Assembly: GCF_006345805.1 (NCBI RefSeq) | Contig: NW_021836723.1 | Span: 1 to 25,818 of the forward strand | Origin: Octopus sinensis | Lineage: Eukaryota | Length of the DNA: 25,818 nt | Reading direction: 5' to 3' | Shown here: piece by piece, positions 1-9,076 of the stretch | Layout of the letters: each line of letters opens with the position of its first letter | Numbering within the stretch: the stretch's first letter is position 1 | Notes under the pieces: model-generated | Databases searched by the model: none | Seen by the model: the letters and a program-made list of their open reading frames with translations, nothing else | What the model was told of the DNA's origin: nothing | Made by a program: the position numbers and the translations under genes

Positions 1-314
1 AGGAGACAAAAGCAGACACGGACACACACACACACACCACACACACACACACACATGCACACACGCACGCACGCACACACACACGCACACATACACACTC
101 AGACACACACATACACACACGCATACACAGACATAAACAAAAACGCACGCACACATATATATGACGCGCTTCTTTCAGTTTCCATCTACGAAATCCACTC
201 ACAAGGCTGAAGCTATGCTGGAAGACACTTGCCCAAGTTTCCACGTAGTGGGACTGAACCCGGAACCATGTGGTTGGCATGCAAGCTTCTTGCAACGCAG
301 CCACTCCTGCGCCT
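1..314 (-). mobile_element. tRNA-derived SINE family 1, 5' part with internal (CA)n microsatellite; runs off the left edge
   Basis: 161-314 aligns by eye with 24558-24721 (ctttcagtttcc..aaatccactc..gaagacacttgcccaag..gtgggactgaacccggaaccatgtggttgg..cagccactcctg) with a short internal deletion. Positions 1-30 match 24437-24455 (ggagacaaa.cagacac). The minus strand has Pol III A-box (TGGCtgcgTTG) and B-box (GGTTCAGTCC) motifs. Confidence 0.85.
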
Positions 315-794
315 ATGTTATACATACGAAAACAAATTCACGTTAAACTGAAAGAAAAAATGGAGAATAGAATAAGAACTGAAAGTGAAAGTAGAAAGTT
401 TCTAACGAAATTTTTCTCATTATTGTATTAATGACGCCGAAATATTTACTAGAATACTTCCTTAGGAATCTTATTTCACAAAAGCTGCCCATCGTAAATA
501 GATACAGGTGGGGGCACAGACAACTTTAAACGAAAGATCAAGTTTCGAAATAAATTTCTGAAGGCCAGTAATTCGCTTAAACTACGAATGTGACGTTCCA
601 GCTGAAATATCAAGCATGTCGATAAAACCTATATGTATCGTTAGTGATTGAAACAATTTTTATCCGTCGTGCCGTAACCAAATTATAATTACTACAGATG
701 TACAGAGATAGGGAATATTTTCTTTTGCGACAACACAGTGGAAGTTTCATCAAAGGAATTAACAATTAGAAATATGTAAACAAAGAAGATATGG

Positions 795-875
795 AAAGAG
801 AGAGACGAGAAGGGCAGGGGGGAGGAGAGAAAGAAGGAGAGAGAGAAAAGAAGGAGAGAGAGAAAAAGAGAGAGC
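795..875. repeat. GA-rich low-complexity polypurine tract
   Basis: Imperfect (GA)n and (GAAAA)n runs seen directly. Confidence 0.85.
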
Positions 876-1489
876 GTTACTTGGGAACAGTTGAAAAAGG
901 ATGCACAAGACGTTATAAAACACATGTTACAGTGAAGAGGATTTTTTCTGATTAACGTGTAGGTGAAAGCTCAAATAATAAAAAGAAGTTTAACAAGCAC
1001 ATTTCGATAAAAAGAGTATATTATAATTGGAAATCATAAGAATTTTCTAGACAGTGGAAACTTTAATACTTTATTTCAGCAAAGGTTACATAATAACAAA
1101 TTATAAAAAAAGTAGCTTTCATTACTATTTGATTACTGTTGCATAGAAAACTTAGATAAATTTTGATTTTAAACTAGAAAAGGCTCTAGAGTATAGAAAT
1201 AGCAGAGGTAATTTGAAACGGTAATGAACAGAAACAAACAAATGTAGGATGTTATTGCAAACGATAGCTAACGTGTTAAATATATTTGATACACAATGGT
1301 TCGAAAGATGCTATATAAGGTATTGCAGAGTCATTGATTCGCATCAGAGAATATGAAGCAAAAACTGGTGCCAGAGATTTTGCAGCGAATGGAATGCTGA
1401 GTAAATATATATATAAAATAAAAAGTTTAAAAAAACATCAACGGGAAGTGAATGGATCACATGATATTCTGACTTTTATTTGAGTGATA

Positions 1490-1742
1490 TATTTACATAC
1501 ACACACTGGCACAGACACACAGACACACACATACACCACACACAACGCACGCACACACACACACACACGCACACAACACCACACACACACACACACACGT
1601 ACACACTCGCACATACATATATATGCTTCTGTATATGTATATATATATATGTATATGTATATGTATATATATATATATATGTATATATGTATATATATAT
1701 TTATATATGTATATATATATGTGTGTGTGTGTGTGTGTTGTG

Positions 1743-1799
<57 letters not shown>

Positions 1800-1895
1800 A
1801 GAGAGACAGAGAGACAGAGACAGAGAGAGAAAGAGAGAGAAAAAGAGAGAGATGTGTGTGTATGTGTGCTTGTGTATGTATGTGGTTATATATAT
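1490..1895. repeat. Compound microsatellite (CA)n-(TA)n-(TG)n-(TA)n-(GA)n
   Basis: Seen directly; it explains the low-complexity ORFs at 1480-1958. Confidence 0.95.
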
Positions 1896-2155
1896 ATTTG
1901 TTACATTTGTTTTGAACATTTGTACAATCATTTAGTGATTCCGTATTTTGGTTTTTAAGGTTTATTATTATTTAGAAATAACTCTAACAATAACCAATCG
2001 ATCTGAATAAACAAGGATATCCAGAAATATATTGATTAACAGGTTTATAAACTAATACTAGCACACGCATTTCATGTGGGCGTATACAAGCGTGTTTGTT
2101 CTTATAGCCTTTTATTAATTCGCTGATTTCACCAACTCAGCTGTTATAGAAATCA

Positions 2156-2420
2156 GCGTGGTGTAGTGCTTAGGGCGTTAGATTTATGATCATAAGGTTG
2201 TGGGGGTTCGATTCTCTGACCGGGGCTGTGTGGTAAGAAATTTGCTTCTCAACCACAGGGTTTCAGATTCAGTCCTACTGCGTGGTACCGTGAGCAAATG
2301 TATTCTATTATAGCCCCGAGCCGACCAAAGCCTTAGAAGCTTGTCAACCAGTGTTGGTTTGTTTACGTCCAAGTAACTTAGCGCTCAGGCAAAACGAAAT
2401 TGATAAGACAAGTACCATGC
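2156..2420 (+). mobile_element. Chimeric degenerate SINE: family-2-like tRNA head, then family-1 head and body, then family-1 3' segment
   Basis: 2156-2224 resembles the head at 25129-25203 (tagggc..cata.gg....ggtt.cgattc.c.gaccggg). 2224-2334 matches the reverse complement of 24595-24713. 2340-2417 matches the reverse complement of about 24345-24420. Confidence 0.75.
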
Positions 2421-2422
2421 TT

Positions 2423-2461
<39 letters not shown>

Positions 2462-2492
2462 TATATATATATATCTATAATATATATATATA

Positions 2493-2661
2493 GGAGAGTT
2501 CACGAAAAAAAACAACAAAAAGACGAAGACAGGTGGTGTACAAAACAAACAGATGTATTAGTATTAGTATAACGCTCAGGATAGAAAAAGTCTTTTACGT
2601 TTCGAGCCTACGCTCTTCTACCAGAAAGGGAACAGAAAAAAAAAAAAAACAAGGAGAGAAA
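2493..2661 (-). mobile_element. PLE-type terminal repeat, family A copy 1, between two (TA)n arrays
   Basis: Homologous to 6536-6643 and to the reverse complement of 8971-9080. Flanked by TA arrays at 2425-2492 and 2662-2718. Carries a minimal hammerhead motif. Confidence 0.8.
2592..2628 (-). ncRNA. Minimal type I hammerhead ribozyme motif with an altered core
   Basis: Minus strand reads CUUU-CUGGUAGA-A-GAGC(GUAG)GCUC-GAAA-CGU-A-AAAG: 4 bp stem I, perfect 4 bp stem II, palindromic ACGU in place of stem III. The core CUGGUAGA departs from CUGANGA. Confidence 0.65.
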
Positions 2662-2684
2662 ATATATATATAATAATATATATA

Positions 2685-2719
<35 letters not shown>

Positions 2720-2861
2720 TGGGATCTATTCGTAAAGTAAAAGACTAAGTACTTCACTGTACTTTGGTGCAGCCTGGTCAGCTGAAATGGTTGCAAACCA
2801 AGATTTGGTGTGACTCTCTGGCCTTTCAAGTATCCCATGCCAGATGATCAGCTGAATCAAC

Positions 2862-2903
2862 GTATATGTATATACATATATGTATATGTATGTATATATT
2901 TAA

Positions 2904-2951
<48 letters not shown>

Positions 2952-2957
2952 TATATG
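2862..2957. repeat. (TA)n/(TATG)n microsatellite
   Basis: Seen directly. Confidence 0.95.
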
Positions 2958-3169
2958 CTTTCGGTGCGAATGGATTTTTTATACGGTGCCGGTTTTACAA
3001 TCCTGTAAATAATGATGGTATTTTTATAAGCTTAAATCTTATGGTAATTACCGTGCAATGTCTAAGGAAAATAGTCTAATAAAGGAGCATATGAGCCCTG
3101 AACAGAAAAAAAGAAACCTTTCTTAACACATACATATACACATACACATACATTAAACAATAATGTTAC

Positions 3170-3947
3170 TGACTGTAACTTCGAAGCTTCAGCCAACTAA
3201 GCCATCCTCGGATGCATTGAAGTTAATCCTGGTTTTATGTTGTCTCTGTTGAGTTATGATATTCGTTAGTTATATGGGCTTGATTGGAGTGATAAGGTTG
3301 TGTGATGGTTTGTGGGGAAATTTTTATGGATTAAATTTGGGGTTATGTCATTGTTTAGAATTTATTCATGCAAATGTGTATATTTAGATGTGTTCGCTTC
3401 AGGTCATGGGATTGCTTTTTAGTGATTCACAAAAAGGATGCAGGTAGGTACAAGAAGTCTTTTTCAGTCAGGGTACGTGCCTGGAGTTTTAGTTATTTTT
3501 GTTCTTATCCTTTGATCTTATCCTTTTCTTTGACAATGTAAATATCAAAGTTTCAAATTCTAGTTCAGTTTTTAAAAGCTTAGCAACTTTTGCAATGAAA
3601 ATTTTAAGGAGACACAAGAGAATGTAAGTGATATGTTTTAGCTGGTCAGTTTCTTTGCTCGCTGCTGTTGTTATCATTTAGGAGATTTTCAGAATGCAGT
3701 TTGAAAGTGGGGTTAGTAGTCGGGCATATTAGTGTTTAGTATAGCAACTTGTTTATCTTGAATTATGATGTTCACAAGAGGATGTAGGTAGGTGTAAAGG
3801 TTGTTGAACAGGCTTGCTGTAGATCGTATATATATATGTAGATATAGTTGGTGTCGTTTTCGTGGTTGCCGTTGCGCTCTATGCGATATTTCCTGAGAGA
3901 CAGTCGCCTTCTGGAGGACAGGATAAAGGTGTTCTACAATTACAATT
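3170..3947 (-). mobile_element. Degenerate Penelope-like element: Cys-rich linker and GIY-YIG endonuclease, present as a partial tandem, ending in a decayed hammerhead-like repeat
   Basis: Minus-strand translation from 3947 gives NCNCRTPLSCPPEGDCLSGNIA*SATATTK. After frameshifts it continues IYIRSTASLFNNLYTYLHPL and ILLCLLKIFI, matching the PLE pattern CNCR..CPLxGxCL..NIVYxAT..YIGxT..F..R..H..SF..CxLCLxEK. A second copy of the TYLHP segment at about 3420-3460 continues SKY..LNNDITPNL. A hammerhead-like string lies at 3175-3212. Confidence 0.75.
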
Positions 3948-4904
3948 ATAATTATGTGAATGATTTAGATATTTTCATGATACAGCCAAACAGGGAAAGA
4001 ACAATTCACGACTGAATAAACTTTAACAAAGAATAATTACGAACAACTACTCGCACACAAACACATTCAGTCACTTTACATGTTGAATATACGCACAATC
4101 ATGATTCGCATGACACTAAGTCACGAATTTAGTGAAGAACAAAATTTTATGCCTACGTATATACATATAGATCTATACATTCAGTCACTGGGTATACTAA
4201 ATTTACAAAGCCTCGGTTTCTTTGATTCTCAATATTCACATGCAGCGAAACACAACTTTAACTTTTGAATTACTTTTCTTACCTAGATTTATGCATGACA
4301 AATAAGTTCCCAAAATTTCAAACCACAATTCAAACACGAATAAATAAAGAAAAAATATTTTCACAAAAATACAAACCACGACTGGAATAAAATAAACAAG
4401 CTGTACCAATACTAACCCACGAGCAATAAAAGATATATAACAAAATTTAATGACTACACACAAACAATTCCTGCCCACTTTGCCACTTGGAAGATTAAAT
4501 TAACAGACCTTTGATTGTTTGGGACTGTCACTAGATATGTTCACTCAACCTTATTAGCCTTAACTTTCGGCACAAAATATATTGTCACGGACATAGCAGG
4601 GAAGTTACGAAAATTTCTAGGCCTAATTATGTGATAAACCCCTGCCAGTCAAATTGTATCCTAGACAATTTGAGCAATGTTCTCTCCATAAAAAGCAAGA
4701 GAATTTTCTAACTCCAGTCAGAAAGCAAATCAGTTGCGACATAGCCTCCACGTCTTTCTATCTCACTTAAATTTTGAAAATCAGAAAAATCTGTGAAACC
4801 GGTCAAGCTTTTAAAAATAAACTATCTCAAAGACTCCCTGTGCATTTAAAACTTTTTTCTTTTCCTATATTTCTACCTTGGGAAATAAAATAACTTTCTT
4901 TCAT

Positions 4905-5020
4905 GCATACATACATACAAACGTACATACATACATACATACATACATACATACCATACATACATACATACATACAGGCACATTCATACATACAGGCATA
5001 CATAAATTACACACACACTC
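4905..5020. repeat. (TACA)n microsatellite
   Basis: Seen directly. Confidence 0.9.
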
Positions 5021-5349
5021 TTCTTCAGTCGTAAGCAAGTTACAACGCCAGCGATTCCAACGTCAACACCATCACCAACAATATTTCTTTCCTTCGGAGT
5101 CTGCCTTACACACATATCCCCGATATAAATACACAACAACAACAACAACAACTGCTGCTACAGCATCACTTTACGTTGCTTGTCTTATCTCAGCAATACA
5201 CCAGGACCGCTGTGTTTTATTAAACCCATTCACCCGGCTATGTATGTATGTTGGGTCATCAGTCTCGAATGACAATGAAGGGCGAAACAAACTTTTGACG
5301 AAAGACAGACACAGAGAAAATGGAACGGCGTTCCGTTTATGTATGTAAA

Positions 5350-5548
5350 TGCGCGCGCGCGATCACGCACATACGCTCACAGACACACAAACACACACAC
5401 ACAGACACACATACACACACACACACAAACACAAACAGAAACATACACACGTATACACACGTATATATTAATACGTGTACATATCTATCTATACACACAC
5501 ACACGCGCACGCATATATATATGTACATTCGTATATATATAGAGAGAG

Positions 5549-5604
<56 letters not shown>

Positions 5605-5742
5605 GCATACCTACATATATACATAAAGAGAGTTTATGAGAAAGACATACACAGATAGACACAGACACACACGCGCGCACACAGATACACACAAACACAC
5701 ACATACACACACACGCGCGCGCGCGCGCGCATACACACACAG
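5350..5742. repeat. Compound (CG)n/(CA)n/(TA)n microsatellite
   Basis: Seen directly; includes (CG)n runs at 5351-5361 and 5714-5730. Confidence 0.95.
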
Positions 5743-5828
5743 ACGGTTGACATCAGAGGTGAATTTAACTATTTGACATGCTACTGTGGTTGGTGTTGAT
5801 AGTATTGAGAATGTAGGACAACAAATCT

Positions 5829-6085
5829 CACCACCACCACCACTACCCCCGCCGCCACCACCACCACCACCACCACCAGCCAGCAGATACGCTCATCAAT
5901 GTTCGCAATTGTTCTACTTATAACATTAAATGACATTTGTTATCTGGAAGCTTGTTTGTTGAGGACTATTGTTGTTGTTGTTGTTAATCGACTGTATTTC
6001 ATAAACAACAACAGAAATAACAGCCACAACTACAGCAGCAGAGACAAAGAATGAAACAGCAACAAGAACCACAACCAAAGCAATG
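5829..6085. repeat. (CCA)n, (GTT)n and (AAC/CAG)n trinucleotide tracts
   Basis: Seen directly. Confidence 0.8.
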
Positions 6086-6117
6086 TAAGATCATAGAAAA
6101 AAGACGGACAACAGGTT

Positions 6118-6260
6118 GGCGCAGACGTGGTTGTGTGGTTGCGAAGCTCGCTGTACAGCTATGTGGTCTTGGCTTCAGTCCCACTGTAGCCCCAGGCCGA
6201 CCAAGGCCTTGTGAGTTGATCTGGTAGATAGAAACTTAAAGAAGTCCGTCGTATATATAT
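6118..6260 (+). mobile_element. SINE family 1, 5' part with a ~30 bp internal deletion
   Basis: ggcgcagacgtggttgtgtgg..ggcttcagtcccactg|tagccccaggccgaccaaggccttgtgag..tggtaga..gaaact.aaagaag.ccgtcgtatat matches the reverse complement of 24556-24720, lacking the caccttgggcaagtgtcttc segment. Confidence 0.85.
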
Positions 6261-6441
6261 ATAAATTTTTATTAAAATTATAATTTAGAGTATCTAAGAG
6301 ATGCCACCACGCTGGAAATAGAAGCCAAAACTTGACTCTAAAAAACCACATTAAATGGGTTTAGAGTCAAGTTTTGGCTGCTATTTCCAGCGTGGTGGTA
6401 TCTCTTAGATACCCTAAATTATAATTTTAATAATAATTTAT
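6261..6441. repeat. 181 bp foldback: 82 bp arms, 4 mismatches, 17 bp loop
   Basis: 6261-6342 is the reverse complement of 6360-6441 except at 6268, 6289, 6303 and 6322 (checked base by base). Confidence 0.95.
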
Positions 6442-6478
6442 TTACCTTTGAAGGTTTTTATTCCAAAGCTGGCCACCT

Positions 6479-6510
6479 GATAAGATCGCTATTTAAATAA
6501 CGATCTTATC
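6479..6510. repeat. 32 bp near-perfect palindrome
   Basis: gataagatcg-c-tatttaaata-a-cgatcttatc, one mismatch. Confidence 0.9.
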
Positions 6511-6535
6511 CTTATATATATATATATATTATATA

Positions 6536-6643
6536 AAGCAGGTGTATTAGTTTGACGCTCAGGAAAGTGAGAAAGTCTTTTATGTTTCGGGCCTACGCTC
6601 TTCAACAGAAAGGACCACAAGGAAATAAACAGGGAGAATAAAA
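6536..6643 (-). mobile_element. PLE-type terminal repeat, family A copy 2, abutting (TA)n; hammerhead motif at 6577-6612
   Basis: Minus strand reads CUUU-CUGUUGA-A-GAGC(GUAG)GCCC-GAAA-CAU-A-AAAG followed by the shared tail gactttctcact..gagcg..aaactaatac. TA array at 6513-6535. Confidence 0.8.
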
Positions 6644-6756
6644 CACTTGGTGATTTACCGATCAAGCATGGCAATATGACCGGCTGTGCTTCATTTCACA
6701 TTCTTCCTGTCCACTCAACGGTAAATGGGACAAGCCTTTCGTTCAAGGAGAATGTT

Positions 6757-6875
6757 TGCCTAGATGCCTGTCCAGCAGGATGGCATCATTCGAAAGCTAA
6801 AACGATACAAAGCGCATTGTGACCAACGATGTATAACAACATCTGATAGTTGAATCGGTCACGTGATCACGTGAT
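6757..6875 (+). mobile_element. Probable 3' half of a SINE with a (CACGTGAT)2 tail
   Basis: Ends in gtcacgtgatcacgtgat. The body (cattcgaa.gctaaaac..aagcgcattgtgacca.cgatgt.taacaacatctgatag) resembles an octopus SINE tail as I recall it; not verified by search. Confidence 0.55.
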
Positions 6876-7241
6876 ATTCACTTTACGCAGTTTGTGATGC
6901 ATTCACTTTACGCTGCAGAGTTCTCGTACTCTCACTCACTCAACGCTGCTAAAGTCAGGTACTGTCGCGTCAAACTTAACTTTACAATTGTTTGGTTCTT
7001 CCTTTCTTTTTGAAAACGGTAAGATAGGGTTTGACAGAAAGTTGGTTGCTATCTCTAGGATTTTCACCGACTTCGTTAACCTCTCCTCGTTGTCAGCCAC
7101 GTGTGTGACCTGGCTGAAAGTTCACCAATGAAAAGTCATTTCACTTTCATATATATTTTAAGACATATGTGGCATATAATCCGGTATCTCGCGTTAAGTC
7201 GTTATGTCTTAACAACCTGGAATTCAACTGGTTCTATAGTC

Positions 7242-7302
7242 ACTGTTTGTTGTTGTTGGTGGTGGTTGTTGTTATTGTTGTTGTTGTTGTTGTTAAACAA
7301 CA
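7242..7302. repeat. (GTT)n/(GGT)n microsatellite
   Basis: Seen directly. Confidence 0.9.
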
Positions 7303-7375
7303 AGACTGGTAAGGATGATTAGGTAATGGTCTAGGGCTTAGGGGCAGGAGAACCCAGACCTTGGAAAAAAAAAAC

Positions 7376-7483
7376 TTTGGTCGTCTTGTAGTCGAGAGGG
7401 TCTTCGTTGACGCCCGACACCACTGGGAGGTGGCCCTCGAAGTCACTGGAAATGGAGATTTCCAGGTCCAAATTCTTGAACGG
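7376..7483 (-). CDS. Candidate internal coding exon (or coding-derived fragment) of an unidentified gene: PFKNLDLEISISSDFEGHLPVVSGVNEDPLDYKTTK
   Basis: 108 nt = 36 codons, 28 of them ending in G/C in an AT-rich background. Bounded by cag| and |gt on the minus strand (phase 0-0). The in-register antisense frame is also open. The donor (AAA|gttttt) is weak and I do not recognise the protein. Confidence 0.4.
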
Positions 7484-7534
7484 CTGTGGTGGTGGTGGTG
7501 GGTGGTGGTTCTGGTGCTGTACTGTGCCTAGCAT

Positions 7535-7745
7535 GATCGTGGCCATGCTGGGACACGGCTTTGAAGGGAGGGCTTAATCGGACAAATTCACACACACACG
7601 CGCGCGCGCGCGCGCGCAACACACGCAGATACATATATTGGTTGGCCCGCGGCTATAGTGGAAGACACCTGCTCCAGGTGCCGTGCAGTCGGACTCAACC
7701 CAGGACCACACGGTCGGGAAGCCAGCTTTTTACCACACAACCATG
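7535..7745 (-). mobile_element. Deleted SINE family 1 copy with internal (CA)/(CG)/(TA) microsatellite
   Basis: 7535-7588 resembles 24277-24315 (ggccatgctgg..ac.gc.tt). 7638-7745 matches 24604-24710 (ttgg..ggccc..ggctatagt.gaagacac.tgc.c.aggtgcc..gcagt.ggact.aaccc). Confidence 0.75.
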
Positions 7746-7960
7746 TGTATGTGTGAGTGAGTGAATGAGTGAATTAGGGTGAGAGTGAGTGAGTGAGTGA
7801 GTGAGTGTGTGTGTGTATGTGTCTGTATGTATGTATGTATGTATGTATGTATGTATGTATGTATGTATGTCTACGTGTGTGTGTGTGTGTGTGTGTGTGT
7901 GTTGTGTGTGTGTGTGCGTGCGTGTGTGTGTGTCTGTCTGTCTGTGTGTCTGAGTGTGTA
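7746..7960. repeat. (GAGT)n-(TATG)n-(TG)n compound microsatellite
   Basis: Seen directly. Confidence 0.95.
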
Positions 7961-8040
7961 AGCTTATCTGAATTAAGTACCAGGGTGATATCCGCACCCC
8001 CCCCCGTGTAGTTGTTGGCCGACTTACAGATTTACACACA

Positions 8041-8220
8041 GTTCTCCATGCAAATATTAGATCAGTTGGCAGGAAAATAAAACAACTTTATTCAGAGACA
8101 GACACAGAAATTTATGGACCGTCATTACGAGAGCCGCTCATATTGGAAACGACAAACGAATATCTGGAACTGGTAGAGCGATATCAACTCACGGTTAATT
8201 TCTTGGCACCATGGCATGTA
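8041..8220 (+). mobile_element. Possible decayed LINE apurinic-like endonuclease (APE) fragment
   Basis: An open frame reads VLHANIRSVGRKIKQLYSETDTEIYG..TNEYLELVERYQL. The start matches the N-terminal APE motif (hH/xNIRSh..K..xL); the rest is only loosely similar. Confidence 0.4.
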
Positions 8221-8449
8221 TTCTATAATGTTGCCTTCAGTCATGTGTTAGAGAGAATAGGTTGTTGGGATTCTTGCTTCATTGGACGCTCCATTAACCG
8301 TTTTATTTATATTTCGCTTCAGAATTTCTCATATTTATCTCTTTTACAATTTGCTTTCATTCACGTTGAAAGTCTCAAATTTGTTGATAGTTGCCTTTAT
8401 TTCTTATCTATTAATAACATCTTTGTCTGTTCTGCTTTATTTATATGTA

Positions 8450-8486
8450 AATGTATGTCTGCTTATCTGTCTGTTTGTCTGTCTGA

Positions 8487-8518
<32 letters not shown>

Positions 8519-8714
8519 ATGTATGTATGTATGTATGTATGCATGTATGCATGTATGTATGTATGTATGTATGTATGTATGTATGTATGTATGTGTGTGT
8601 GTATGTATGTATGTATGTATGTATGTATGTATGTATGTATGTATCTATCTATCTATCTATCTAAATATCTATCTAAATATATCTATCTGTCTATCTGTCA
8701 ATCTGTTTATCAAA

Positions 8715-8763
<49 letters not shown>

Positions 8764-8769
8764 TATATA
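8450..8769. repeat. (TCTG)n-(TATG)n-(TCTA)n-(TC)n compound microsatellite
   Basis: Seen directly. Confidence 0.95.
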
Positions 8770-9076
8770 ATGGGTTATTTTGAATTCACCTTATATGAAG
8801 TATCACTTCAGAAATATGGTTACCCATTTTACCTCTACATAAGAGAAAATTGGAAGAGATACCTAGATGACTGGAAGGAGAATATAGACAAACTTTTGAA
8901 TTTCAAATCAACACTAAATGACATAAATAGTAACATTCAATTTACAATGGAATATAACAAAGAACAACTCTCGAAGAGCGTGGGCTCGAAACGTAAATGA
9001 CTTTCTCACTTCCCGAGCGTTAAACTAATACATTTGCTTGTTTTTTACACACCCGTCTTTTGTTTTTAATAAATTC

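Noticed and set aside
1348-1400. 53 bp AG..GT-bounded segment (EYEAKTGARDFAANGML) as an exon
   Set aside because: Weak polypyrimidine tract, no codon bias and no recognisable protein; expected by chance.
3175-3212. Functional hammerhead
   Set aside because: U4 is C, one A of GAAA is missing, stem II relies on wobble pairs, and stem I does not pair. Kept only as a decayed relic.
4500-4880. Possible DNA transposon remnant
   Set aside because: I found no terminal inverted repeats, TSD or transposase motif on either strand.
2493-6643. Family A copies 1 and 2 as the two terminal repeats of a single 4 kb PLE
   Set aside because: The interior holds no RT, each copy has its own TA array, the copies are clearly diverged, and the enclosed endonuclease ends in a different hammerhead-like sequence.
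7320-7345. Telomere-like ggtctagggcttagggg
   Set aside because: Only one exact TTAGGG; too short to call an interstitial telomere.
7376-7483. Cadherin assignment from PLDYKTTK resembling LDYE
   Set aside because: The acidic residue of LDYE/LDRE and the other cadherin calcium-binding motifs are absent.
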